Shown in pieces: positions 50,298 through 59,195 of a DNA stretch of 64,000 nucleotides. Under the pieces are notes generated by a model. The model was not told the DNA's origin and did not search any database. It saw only the letters and a list, made by a program, of their open reading frames with translations. The stretch is taken from NCBI RefSeq assembly GCF_036388275.1, contig NZ_DASVSF010000108.1:13626-77625 (forward strand), read 5' to 3'. This DNA comes from Longimicrobium sp. Its GTDB lineage: Bacteria; Gemmatimonadota; Gemmatimonadetes; Longimicrobiales; Longimicrobiaceae. The translations under genes and the position numbers were made by a program. How positions within the stretch are numbered: the stretch's first letter is position 1; every line of letters starts with the position of its first letter.

Positions 50298-51263
50298 CTA
50301 CGGTCGTGCGCTCGTCACCTGGCGAAGGCGCGCGGCGGTTTCGGGCGTCAGGGCGGCGCGCACCGGCAGGTTCTGCACGCGCTGGAAGGCCTTGAGCGCG
50401 GGGATCACCTCTTCGTCGAAGGCGCAGAACTGCGCCTCCGTCGGCGTGCCGTGGCCCGCGCGCGCCAGCAGGTTGCGCAGCGCGCAGATGTGCGGGCCGC
50501 CGGGCGCGCTGACCGACTGCGAGCCGTTGGGGAGGAAGTGGTCGTCGGGGTGAAAGAGCGTCATCCACACGTTGTACACGCGCTCCAGCTCCAGGATGGG
50601 CTCGGGCGCATCTTCCACGTGCAGGTCCGCATACACGTCGTCGCCCCCGCCGTAGCCCGCGCCCGCCTTTACGATCAGCATTCCCGCGCCCTGCCGTCCG
50701 CGCCGGTCGCCGCCCGCCGCCTGCCCCGCCTTGAGCGCCGCCAGCAGCCGCTCGCCGAAGGGGCGCCCCGCCGCCTCCGCCGCCCGGAACGCCGAGGCCA
50801 TCGAGTCCACCACCTCCGGCCCCGTGAGGATGTTGCCCTGCACGCTGAAGTTGGGGCCGCTGCGGTGGCCGGCCCACGCCTGCGCGCTGTCGCCGGTGAA
50901 CGGGGCCACGCGGCACTGCTTGTCCATCACCGCGAACTGCCGCCGCGCGATGCCCGGGTCCGTCCGCACGAACTCCGCGCGCACCTCTTCGGGCGATCGC
51001 CCGGCGCGCAGCATCTCCAGCCCGCGCCGCTTGTAGGAAACGTTCGCGTTGGCCTGCGTGGCGATGGCGCCCGCGTCGGCCTCCGCCGCGGGAACGATGG
51101 ATCCCGCGCCCACCACGCGCGACTGCACGGCCACGCCCAGGAAGCCGTTCACGGGATCGCACGCCACGATGCTGAACGTGGAGAGCGAGGGCGGATTGCC
51201 GTCCTGCGCCACGGCGGGCGCGGCGAGGAGGAGCAGGAACGAGGTCAGGCGGATGCGCATCAT
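50298..51263 (-). CDS. Secreted DUF1028 (Ntn-hydrolase-like) protein with C-terminal peptidoglycan-binding-like domain
   Basis: Signal peptide, then TFSIVACDPVNGFLGVAVQSRVVGAGSIVPAAEADAGAIATQANAN (DUF1028 signature). C-terminal VIPALKAFQRVQNLPVRAALTPETAARL. Confidence 0.8.
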   Translation of the reverse strand: MMRIRLTSFLLLLAAPAVAQDGNPPSLSTFSIVACDPVNGFLGVAVQSRVVGAGSIVPAAEADAGAIATQANANVSYKRRGLEMLRAGRSPEEVRAEFVRTDPGIARRQFAVMDKQCRVAPFTGDSAQAWAGHRSGPNFSVQGNILTGPEVVDSMASAFRAAEAAGRPFGERLLAALKAGQAAGGDRRGRQGAGMLIVKAGAGYGGGDDVYADLHVEDAPEPILELERVYNVWMTLFHPDDHFLPNGSQSVSAPGGPHICALRNLLARAGHGTPTEAQFCAFDEEVIPALKAFQRVQNLPVRAALTPETAARLRQVTSARP

Positions 51264-51302
51264 CGATTCGTTTCGGGTGGATCGCGGAAATGAGCAGCGT
51301 CT

Positions 51303-51671
51303 TCAGTCAGAGCTGCCAGAATCGCACCCGCCACTGTCGAAATCCCCGCCGCTGTCTCCACCGCTGTCCCACGACCCGGAATCGGCGGGCGCGCAGTCGT
51401 TGGTGCCTGCAGCCCACGAAGTGCTGGAATCGGTGTTCCGCGTGTGGTCGTCCAGCGGCTGGTGGTCCATGGTCGATTCGCCATGGGACGCCATCGCCGC
51501 CGAGAAGGAATTCGAGGTGTCGGGATAGGTCGAGGTGCTCCCAGCCGGAGCCGAACGCGCGGCCTTCAGGGCGCGCACCCGGCGGCGCGGGTGGACGGGC
51601 GTACTGCTGTCGAGCGCCTTGATGATCCCGACGATGATCAGCACGATCGCGATGGTGACAATGAATCCCAT
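51303..51671 (-). CDS. Small membrane-anchored protein with Ser/Asp/Gly-rich tail
   Basis: MGFIVTIAIVLIIVGIIKAL TM followed by a low-complexity acidic tail ...DSGGDSGGDFDSGGCDSGSSD. Confidence 0.45.
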   Translation of the reverse strand: MGFIVTIAIVLIIVGIIKALDSSTPVHPRRRVRALKAARSAPAGSTSTYPDTSNSFSAAMASHGESTMDHQPLDDHTRNTDSSTSWAAGTNDCAPADSGSWDSGGDSGGDFDSGGCDSGSSD

Positions 51672-51731
51672 GATGGTCCAACGGCTGAGGCGAAGGGGAA
51701 CGGGGCATGCGGATGAACAAGCAGGAGGAAC

Positions 51732-52814
51732 ATGCCCCGTCTACCGCCGATGTCCAGACCCTCGCTCATCCGAATCGCCGCCGCGCTCGCCCTGCTGCTC
51801 GCCGCCGTACCCGCGGCGGGGCAGACGGTGGTGCGCGGGCGCGTGATTTCGCCCGACACGCTGCCGCGCCCGGAGATGCGTGCGTTCGTGCGGTGGCGTG
51901 CGGCGGGTGACACGCTGCCGCGGGTGGACTCGGCGGCGGTGGATTCCACCGGGCGCTTCGAGGTGCCGGTCGGCGCGGCGGGGGGCGATTCCGTCGACCT
52001 GATGGTGGACGCGGCCGACGTGGCGGCGCGCACCCATCATCCGGCGCTGGTGCGGTTCCGGGCCGATTCGGCGCGCCGGGAGCAGTGCATCATCCTGGTT
52101 CCGCGCCGCTGGCGGATTCCGGCGGGGAGCTACGCGGGCCGCGAGGTGGACATCAGCCCCGTCCGTGCGCGGACGGCCATGTGCCGGGGGTGCGGCTCGT
52201 TCTGGCTGCGGGTGTATGGGTCCAGCGCACCGATGTGGTTCCAGAGCTGGCGGTCGTCGTCGTTTCCGCTGCGGATCGCGTTCGATCGCGAGTACTCGCT
52301 GCCGCGCGGAGCCGCGCCGGACTCGGTGACATTCTGGCGAATCACGCAGGGGGTGGAAGATACGTTTGGCCAGGACCTGTTTCGTCCCGCGCGCTACGCC
52401 GACGTGCAGCCCGAGGACGACGAGCGTGACCCCAACGACGTGGTGCTGGTGCTGGTGGACCGCGACGTAAAGGCCGCTGCGCTGACGACGGTGCTCAGCC
52501 AGGGTGGCGTGGTGGAGTATGGAACGATGAGGCTTCAGCGCGCGGGGCCGCTGACGGACGGGCCGGGCTGGCAACTGGTGGGCCACGAGCTGCTTCACGC
52601 GCTGGGGGCCGGGCACACCTGCGAGTGGAGGTCCGTGGCCGCCGACGTCCTCCGCTGCCCCCAGATGCGCGCGGACGAGCCGACGCCCGAGGACGTGGCG
52701 TACATCCAGGTGCTGTATCGCGTCCGCGACGTTCAGCGGGCCACGGGCGCGCGCTGGGGGCTGGAGGCGGCGCTGGAGGGGGAACGGGTGCTGGGTCGGC
52801 GGCGGGAGTGGTAG
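51732..52814 (+). CDS. Secreted metzincin-type zinc metalloprotease with N-terminal CarboxypepD_reg-like domain
   Basis: Signal peptide ...LLAAVPAAGQ, then TVVRGRVISPD. Catalytic motif VGHELLHALGAGH (HExxHxxGxxH). Confidence 0.7.
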   Translation: MPRLPPMSRPSLIRIAAALALLLAAVPAAGQTVVRGRVISPDTLPRPEMRAFVRWRAAGDTLPRVDSAAVDSTGRFEVPVGAAGGDSVDLMVDAADVAARTHHPALVRFRADSARREQCIILVPRRWRIPAGSYAGREVDISPVRARTAMCRGCGSFWLRVYGSSAPMWFQSWRSSSFPLRIAFDREYSLPRGAAPDSVTFWRITQGVEDTFGQDLFRPARYADVQPEDDERDPNDVVLVLVDRDVKAAALTTVLSQGGVVEYGTMRLQRAGPLTDGPGWQLVGHELLHALGAGHTCEWRSVAADVLRCPQMRADEPTPEDVAYIQVLYRVRDVQRATGARWGLEAALEGERVLGRRREW

Positions 52815-52864
52815 GGTGCTTCCGAGGGGGCGGGGTGGTTCGATGGGCGGTGGCGCATGCGGCG

Positions 52865-53571
52865 GGCGCCCCCCATCCCCAGCCCTTCCCCCGCAAACTG
52901 CGCGGGGGAAGGGAGCCAGCCCGGTGCGTCACCATAACCCCTCGCAACACCACAGCCTGTCATCCAGAGGCCCAAGCGCACCAAACTAGCCCGCAGCACA
53001 TCCCTCGCGGGCCGAAGGATCTTGCATGGGGCGCGCAACAGCCCGGGCGCGGCAGCGGTCACGAAGCAGAGGCCTCGGTGCGTGCCCCGACGTGCGGGTG
53101 TTCAGGTCGGGGACGTCGGCGAGGTTTGGTGTGGTTGGGCGTGTCCGGCGCCGTCCCCCCCGCGAACACCACAGCCTGTCATCCAGAGGCCCAAGCGCAG
53201 CGAACTAGCCCGCAGCACATCCCTCGCGGGCCGAAGGATCTTGCATGGGGCACGTAACAGCCCGGGCGCGGCAGCGTGCACCCACGCAGAGCCTCGGCGC
53301 GTGCCCCGAGGTGCGGTGTTCAGGTCGGGATTGCGGGCGAGGTGTTGTGTGGTTTGGAGAGGCCGGCGCAGTCCCCTGGGTGGCCCCTCCCCCGACCCCT
53401 CCCCGCATGCTGCGCATGCGGAGAGGGGAGAATTCGATCGCGCTTTCGGCAGGTGTGGGGTGCACGCCGCGGCTGTCGGTGCGCTTCGGTCAATGTGTGG
53501 CGGATCCCTCGGTCGCTGCCATCAGCGGCGCACGGGCAGGTTCGGCGTGGCCGCTCCGTCGGGATGACAGG
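52865..53571. repeat. Repeat block: Fam-D, tandem about 219-bp duplication carrying two Fam-B copies (52946-53164, 53165-about 53385), Fam-D, inverted Fam-A (53494-53571)
   Basis: aacaccacagcctgtcatccagaggcccaagcgca..ctagcccgcagcacatccctcgcgggccgaaggatcttgcatgggg occurs twice, 219 nt apart. Confidence 0.8.
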
Positions 53572-53616
53572 CGCGCTCCGGCAGGCTTCGGGGGCATGCC
53601 GGGCGCCGAGGACGCC

Positions 53617-54930
53617 TTACTCCGCCGGGTACAGCCGGTACTTCTCGCGCACGCGGTTCCATTCCGCGTTTTCGGCTTCCCAGCGGCGGTAGATGTCGCG
53701 CGGGTCGTCGTGGCGGCGTACGGCCTCGGGCGCCCAGCGGCTTCCCAGCATCTGCAGCATGGGCCCCATCCCCAGGTTCTGCGGGTGCATGCGGTGGATC
53801 TCCACCAGGAACACCAGCGCGGTCAGCACCGGCTTGAACTGCTCGCGGTCGGTGATGCGCAGGCGCACGCCGCGGCAGAGGCGGTCGCGGTGCTGCATCC
53901 AGTCCCGTCCGCGCGGCGTGAACTCCGCCAGCTCGAACTCCACCCCCGGCAGGTCGTACGCACGAACGCGGCGCAGGAGCTCGGTGTTGTTGATGTACGG
54001 CGCGCCCACGTAGCTGAACGGCGTGGGCGTTCCCCGGCCCACGGACAGGTTGGTGGTCTCCAGCATCACCAGCCCGCTGAACGCCAGCGCCGCGTCCAGG
54101 GTGCGGATGTTAGGCGACGGGTTGATCCACGGCAGCCCCGTTTCGTCGAACCACGCGTCGCCGCGCCACCCCTGCACCGGCACCACGCTCAGCTTGGCGC
54201 CGATGCGGTACTCGCCGTTGACGTACCGGGCCACCTCGCCGGTCGTCATTCCGTGGCGCAGGGGGACGGGATAGTAGCCGGTGATCAGCGGGCCGCGGCT
54301 GCGCATCTCGTACTGCATCAGCGGCCCTTCCGCGCGGGACGTGACGGGATTGGGCCGGTCCAGCACGACGAACGGAATGCCGTGGCGCGCGGCCTCTTCC
54401 ATCGCCATCGCCATCGTCCAGATGTACGTGTACGGCCGCGCGCCGATGTCCTGCATGTCGAAGAGCAGCACGTCGATACCGCGCAGCATGGCGGCCGTGG
54501 GCCGCTCGGTCGATCCATACAGCGAGAACACCGGCAGCCCCGTCCGCGAATCGCGCGACGTGCCGATGCGCTCTCCCCCGTCCACGTTGCCGCGCAGCCC
54601 GTGCTCCGGCCCGAACAGCGCCACCAGCCGTACATCGGGATGGCGGTGGAGGGCGTCGATGGCGCTGCGCCCGTCGCGGGTGACGGCCGTGTGGTTAGTG
54701 ATCAGCCCCACGCGCTTGCCCCGCACCAGGTGCAGCGAATCACGCAGCAGCACCTCCAGCCCGGGGATCACCGGCTCCTGCGCCTTCGCCGCCGTCGGCG
54801 CGTTGACGTAGTTGGCGGGGAGCACGGTGGGCTGCTGCGCCCGCGAAGGCGAGGGGCCCAGCTGCGCGGCCAGCGCGCCGACGCACGCGGCCAGCGCGGC
54901 CACGGGCTTGAGAAGCGTTGTGTAGGGCAT
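53617..54930 (-). CDS. DUF1343 family protein (NamZ-like exo-beta-N-acetylmuramidase family)
   Basis: Signal peptide, then KRVGLITNHTAVTRDGRSAIDAL...LFGPEHGLRGN...VLLFDMQDIGARPYTYI, typical DUF1343 motifs. Confidence 0.8.
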   Translation of the reverse strand: MPYTTLLKPVAALAACVGALAAQLGPSPSRAQQPTVLPANYVNAPTAAKAQEPVIPGLEVLLRDSLHLVRGKRVGLITNHTAVTRDGRSAIDALHRHPDVRLVALFGPEHGLRGNVDGGERIGTSRDSRTGLPVFSLYGSTERPTAAMLRGIDVLLFDMQDIGARPYTYIWTMAMAMEEAARHGIPFVVLDRPNPVTSRAEGPLMQYEMRSRGPLITGYYPVPLRHGMTTGEVARYVNGEYRIGAKLSVVPVQGWRGDAWFDETGLPWINPSPNIRTLDAALAFSGLVMLETTNLSVGRGTPTPFSYVGAPYINNTELLRRVRAYDLPGVEFELAEFTPRGRDWMQHRDRLCRGVRLRITDREQFKPVLTALVFLVEIHRMHPQNLGMGPMLQMLGSRWAPEAVRRHDDPRDIYRRWEAENAEWNRVREKYRLYPAE

Positions 54931-55017
54931 TGGACGATCGATCCCGCGAAACTGCGTTGATGGCGCGATGGGGTGCGGCGGTTAGACTCGCCGCTTGCGA
55001 GGATTGTTCCGCAAAAC

Positions 55018-55096
55018 GCGGTCTCACACGGAAGACACGGAGGATCGGGAGGAACCCTCCCCGGCCCTCCGTGCGCTCCGTGCCCCCCATGTGAGA
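55018..55096. repeat. Fam-E palindromic repeat
   Basis: GGTCTCACACGGAAGACACGGAGG...CCTCCGTGCGCTCCGTGCCCCCCATGTGAGACC. Confidence 0.7.
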
Positions 55097-55103
55097 CCGC
55101 CGT

Positions 55104-55262
55104 TCAGCGCCGCTCGCGGATGTGCACCGCCATCTGCCGGGGCGGCTTTCCGTCTGGCGTCAGCCACACCACGTCCGCACCCTCGTCCCACCCCTGCCGC
55201 TCGCGCCGGATGCGCGCCGCGACCTCGTGTGCGGCCTGGAGAGCCGCGTTCTTCCTGGTCAT
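55104..55262 (-). CDS. Possible small protein (52 aa) downstream of the EAL gene
   Basis: Internal ATG of ORF 55104..55307 preceded by GAGGA: MTRKNAALQAAHEVAARIRRERQGWDEGADVVWLTPDGKPPRQMAVHIRERR. No family recognised. Confidence 0.35.
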   Translation of the reverse strand: MTRKNAALQAAHEVAARIRRERQGWDEGADVVWLTPDGKPPRQMAVHIRERR

Positions 55263-55320
55263 CGGTTCCTCGCGATCTATAGGTCCAGCGCCGGCGGACC
55301 GGCGCATCGATCAGGGAAAA

Positions 55321-56145
55321 TCAGGCCGCGCGGCACAGTCGCGGCGCTACCGCCAGCGTGTCGGGAAGCACCACCACCGGCAGCCCCGCGGCCGGCTTGG
55401 CCATCAGGTACCCCTGCACGCAGTCCGCGCCCAAGGCACGCACGGCGGCCAGCTCCTCCGCCGTCTCCACGCCTTCCACAATCACCGTGCTGCCCATGGC
55501 GTGGCCCAGCATCACCAGCGAGTGCACCACCTGGCGGCGGCCGGTGTGCACGTGAACGCTCCGCACCAGCTCCAGGGCGATCTTCAGAAAGTCGGGCTTC
55601 ACCTCGGCCAGCACGCGCAGGTCCGAGTAGCCGGTGCCCACGTCGTCCAGGGCGATCTGAAAGCCCATCTCGCGGTACCGCATCAGCGCGCGCAGGAACC
55701 CCAGGTCCGAGCGCATCCGCGACTCTTCCGTCACCTCCAGCACCAGGCGGTTCACCGGCACGCCCGTCTCGGCCACCACGCGCTTGGCGAACTCCAGGAA
55801 CTCGGGCTCGCGAATGCGCTCCGCCGACAGGTTCAGGAACAGCAGGGTGTCCGGGCGGCGCCACAGCCCCAGGCGCGTGGCGTTCAGCAGCGCCGCCGTC
55901 CAGCACACCCGCTCCAGGGCGGCCATCTCGCCCAGCCCGCTCGCCGTGGCGAACAGCGTCCGCGCCGAGTGCAGCGGCGAATCCAGCGGGCCGCGGGCAA
56001 GGGCCTCATACCCGATCACGCCAAACCCGTCGGCGCTCACGATCGGCTGGTAGAACGGCGTCACCGTGCAGAAGAACTTCGTGTCCGTCACCTGCGGCTG
56101 CGCGGCCGGCGCGCGACCAGCCGTCTTCATCTCTATGTCGAACAT
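55321..56145 (-). CDS. Stand-alone EAL-domain protein (c-di-GMP phosphodiesterase-like)
   Basis: FYQPIVSADGFGVIGYEALARG, LVLEVTEES, IALDDVGTGYSDLRVLAEVKPDFLKI. Confidence 0.85.
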   Translation of the reverse strand: MFDIEMKTAGRAPAAQPQVTDTKFFCTVTPFYQPIVSADGFGVIGYEALARGPLDSPLHSARTLFATASGLGEMAALERVCWTAALLNATRLGLWRRPDTLLFLNLSAERIREPEFLEFAKRVVAETGVPVNRLVLEVTEESRMRSDLGFLRALMRYREMGFQIALDDVGTGYSDLRVLAEVKPDFLKIALELVRSVHVHTGRRQVVHSLVMLGHAMGSTVIVEGVETAEELAAVRALGADCVQGYLMAKPAAGLPVVVLPDTLAVAPRLCRAA

Positions 56146-56462
56146 GGGTCGGATTCTCCCAGGGATTGTCGCGGTCCTTCAAGGCCGGCCGGCGCCGCGG
56201 TGATGCGGGCTCGTTGGCACGGAGAACAATCTGCATCTCACAACCGGTACGCGAATGGGTCGAACTACCCAAACCATCCGAACGCGTTCAACATCGTTCA
56301 AGTGTGATCTTGAAACGGCGCATCCGCACTCCGGGTGGTTACGGGAGCAAGGGTGTTCGTGGTTTCAGGGTTGCTGGTAGCGAGGCGTTATCACGCTCGT
56401 GGATACGATCCAAGTTGTTGTGAAAGAAAGGATTGAGGATGATGCGAGAGGCTGCGAACGAA

Positions 56463-56499
56463 CCAGGCCGCACCCGCTGAAAGCGCGGATGCGGCCTGG
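56463..56499 (-). terminator. Hairpin downstream of the ChlI-like ATPase gene
   Basis: CCAGGCCGCACCCGC-tgaaa-GCGCGGATGCGGCCTGG (imperfect). Confidence 0.5.
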
Positions 56500-56559
56500 A
56501 TGTGCGTGCTGCGGGACCGGCTCAGGAGCCGGAGCGGGACACGTCAGGTACAGTTCAAC

Positions 56560-58029
56560 TCAGCTGAACATGTCATCGCCGAACTTGAAGCCCCCCGCGC
56601 CCTTGCCCTTGGGGCGCTCGGGCTTGGCGCGGCCGTAGGCGCCGCTCTCGGCGCGGCTGATCTTTCGGTGCGCCGCCAGCCCCTCCAGCAGCAGCTCGGC
56701 CGCGGCTACGGTCATCGCCGGGTCCGCCGGGTTGCTGAGCCCCGCACCCTCCAGCGCCTCGTTCAGCCCGTTGACCGCCGCCAGCCCCGCCAGGCACGCA
56801 TCGGCCGAGGCGCCGTCGCTGATCTGCAGCACGCCGCCCTTGTCGAAGTGCTCGATCACCTCGTCCAGCATCGACACGTCCCACATGCCGTCGAACACGT
56901 CGCGGGCCGCCGCGGCGATCAGGTCGCGCGCGATGGCCTGGGCGCCCTGCAGCTCGCCCTCGTACTCCAGCTCCATCTTGCCGGTGATGGAGGGCATGGC
57001 CGCGTACACGTCGGCGATGCGGGGTAGGATGCGCGGCTCGCCCGCGATCACCGCGCGCCGCTCGGCGTTGCTGACGGCCGTTTCCATCACGCTGATGGGC
57101 ATGCGCTGCGACACGCCGCTGCGCCGGTCGATGCGCTTGTCGTCGCGCGCCAGGAACGCCACGCGCTCCACCAGCTCGGCAACGAACGGGGGAATGCTCA
57201 CCTCCATCGACCCGCCATCGCGCGACAGGTAGGCCTCCTGCCGCGTGATCTCCATCCCCTCTTCCGTCGTACGGGGATAGTGCGTGAGGATCTCGGAACC
57301 GATGCGGTCCTTGAGCGGCGTGATGATCTTGCCGCGCGCCGTGTAGTCTTCGGGGTTGGCGCTGAACACCAGCATCACGTCCAGCGGCATCCTCACGGGA
57401 AATCCCTTGATCTGGATGTCGCCTTCCTGCAGCACGTTGAACAGCCCCACCTGCACCTTGCCCGACAGGTCCGGTAGCTCGTTGATGGCGAAGATGCCGC
57501 GGTTGGCGCGCGGCAGCAGCCCAAAGTTGATGGTCAGCTCGTCGCTGAGCAGGTGGCCGCCCCGCGCCGCGCGGATGGGGTCCATGTCGCCGATCAGGTC
57601 GGCCACGGTCACGTCGGGCGTGGCCAGCTTTTCCACGTAGCGCCGGTCCGGCCCGATCCACTCGATGGGCGCGTCGTCGCCCGCGTCGCGAAGCAGCTCG
57701 CGGCCGTACTTGCTGATGGGGGCGAACGGGTCGTCGTTCACCTCCGAGCCGGCCAGGACGGGAATCTCGGGATCCAGCAGGGTGGCCAGCTGGCGCAGGA
57801 TGCGGCTCTTGGCCTGCCCGCGCAGCCCCAGCAGGATGAAGTTGTGCCGCGCCAGGACGGCGTTGGCCAGCGAGGGGACCACGGTGTCGTCGTAGCCCAC
57901 GATTCCGGGAAACATGGTGTGCCCGTCCTTGAGCCGGGCGATCAGGTTTTCGCGCATCTCCGCTTTCACGGAGCGGGTCTGGTAACCGGAGGCGCGCAGG
58001 GCGCCGAGCGTGGTCGCGAGCTGGGTCAT
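56560..58029 (-). CDS. AAA+ ATPase of the Mg-chelatase ChlI/BchI-like type
   Basis: From the ATG at 58029: FPGIVGYDDTVVPSLANAVLARHNFILLGLRGQAKSRILR..., ...RGIFAINELPDL..., characteristic of ChlI-like ATPases. Confidence 0.75.
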   Translation of the reverse strand: MTQLATTLGALRASGYQTRSVKAEMRENLIARLKDGHTMFPGIVGYDDTVVPSLANAVLARHNFILLGLRGQAKSRILRQLATLLDPEIPVLAGSEVNDDPFAPISKYGRELLRDAGDDAPIEWIGPDRRYVEKLATPDVTVADLIGDMDPIRAARGGHLLSDELTINFGLLPRANRGIFAINELPDLSGKVQVGLFNVLQEGDIQIKGFPVRMPLDVMLVFSANPEDYTARGKIITPLKDRIGSEILTHYPRTTEEGMEITRQEAYLSRDGGSMEVSIPPFVAELVERVAFLARDDKRIDRRSGVSQRMPISVMETAVSNAERRAVIAGEPRILPRIADVYAAMPSITGKMELEYEGELQGAQAIARDLIAAAARDVFDGMWDVSMLDEVIEHFDKGGVLQISDGASADACLAGLAAVNGLNEALEGAGLSNPADPAMTVAAAELLLEGLAAHRKISRAESGAYGRAKPERPKGKGAGGFKFGDDMFS

Positions 58030-58154
58030 CAGGGCAGACGGGTGGCTCGGGAAGGGGTCACGGGCGCGGCGCCTCCGCCGCAAGAACCGGGCGATGTCAG
58101 AATCCGCAGCCCTCGCGGCGTTTCCCATCTGAACCCCCTGACAAGGAGGCCGCA

Positions 58155-58601
58155 ATGGGCTGGGACATCGTCGCCCGCATCCGCGAGCCGCACACCGGCA
58201 TCGACGCCACGCCCTTCATCGGCCTGGTGATGGTGATGCTCGTCACGGCCATGGCGGTGCCCGTCACCACAGCCTGCTACTTCGACCGCCTTGCGACCAG
58301 CGTAACGGCCGACGAGCTGCCCGAGAACCGGGTGACGATCGGCATCGAGCGCAGCGGGATGATCTGGATGGCGGGGCCGGGAGGCGGCATCGGCATCGCG
58401 CCGCGAGACTTGTCGGCCCGTCTGGGCATTGCGCTGGCGGGAGTTCGCGGTACGGAGAGGCGTATCGTGAACATCCGGGCGGACCAGGATGCGCCGTATG
58501 CCCGAGTGCTCGATGCGGTCGCCGCCGCGCGGGCCAACGAGGTCCGTACGTTGGGCCTGATCACCGATCCGCCTCCGGCAGCCCGGCCGGCGGATCTCTG
58601 A
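58155..58601 (+). CDS. ExbD/TolR-family protein (divergent)
   Basis: Strong SD AAGGAGG 5 nt upstream. IDATPFIGLVMVMLVTAM TM and an ExbD-like periplasmic domain (ADQDAPYARVLDAVAAARANEV). Confidence 0.7.
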   Translation: MGWDIVARIREPHTGIDATPFIGLVMVMLVTAMAVPVTTACYFDRLATSVTADELPENRVTIGIERSGMIWMAGPGGGIGIAPRDLSARLGIALAGVRGTERRIVNIRADQDAPYARVLDAVAAARANEVRTLGLITDPPPAARPADL

Positions 58602-58636
58602 ATTTCCTGTTCAACAGCAGACCACGGGAGGACGCG

Positions 58637-59047
58637 ATGGCGATGATTGCGGGAGGAACGCGCGGCGGGTTCACGGCTTCGATCAACATGACGCCGATGA
58701 TCGACGTGCTGCTGGTGCTGCTGATCATCTTCATGGTGGTGCAGGCCAGCCTTCAGCGGGGGCTCTCGGTTCACGTGCCCGCGTCCAAGACGGACGGGCC
58801 GGTGGGGCCGCCGCAGGTCGACAATCTGGTGCTTGAGGTGGAGCCGGGCGGACGATACGCGCTGAATCGGCGGCCGCTGAACGGGGCGCGGCTGACGGAG
58901 GAGCTGCAGGCGGTGTTCGCGAACCGTCCGCGCAAGCTGCTGTACGTGAAGGCTTCCGAGCAGCTCTCGTATGGCGAGGTGATCCACGCCTTCGATGCCA
59001 GCCGCGCCGCGGGCGTGGACATCATCGGCCTGATGCCGCGGAACTGA
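58637..59047 (+). CDS. exbD: ExbD/TolR-family biopolymer transport protein
   Basis: INMTPMIDVLLVLLIIFMV, canonical ExbD N-terminus. C-terminal LYVKASEQLSYGEVIHAFDASRAAGV. Confidence 0.85.
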   Translation: MAMIAGGTRGGFTASINMTPMIDVLLVLLIIFMVVQASLQRGLSVHVPASKTDGPVGPPQVDNLVLEVEPGGRYALNRRPLNGARLTEELQAVFANRPRKLLYVKASEQLSYGEVIHAFDASRAAGVDIIGLMPRN

Positions 59048-59078
59048 TAGCCTGTTGAGCGGCGCTGAACGAAGAGCC

Positions 59079-59107
59079 TTGACGTGTCATTCTGAACAGC
59101 CTAAACT
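59079..59107 (+). promoter_or_regulatory. Sigma70-like promoter upstream of the Abi gene
   Basis: TTGACG-17 nt-TAAACT in an AT-rich spacer. Confidence 0.4.
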
Positions 59108-59119
59108 TAGGGCAATCAT

Positions 59120-59174
59120 AGCCCCCACGCCTCTTCGGTAACACGAATGCGCACCAGGGGGCTTTTTATTTTTC
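59120..59174 (+). terminator. Hairpin plus T-tract between the promoter and the Abi start codon (attenuator or about 60-nt small RNA)
   Basis: AGCCCCC-30 nt (contains a cttcgg loop motif)-GGGGGCT followed by TTTTTATTTTT. The Abi ATG is at 59196. Confidence 0.45.
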
Positions 59175-59195
59175 CCAAGAGCGCGGCGGTTCGTC

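Noticed and set aside
56146-56460. c-di-GMP riboswitch or other structured leader in the about 400-nt lower-GC region upstream of the EAL gene
   Set aside because: Reading the minus strand, I could not find the paired GEMM-type hairpins with GNRA tetraloop/receptor features. I found only a plausible TTGAAC-17-GTAGTT promoter and the upstream gene's terminator. A covariance-model scan (Rfam/Infernal) would settle it.
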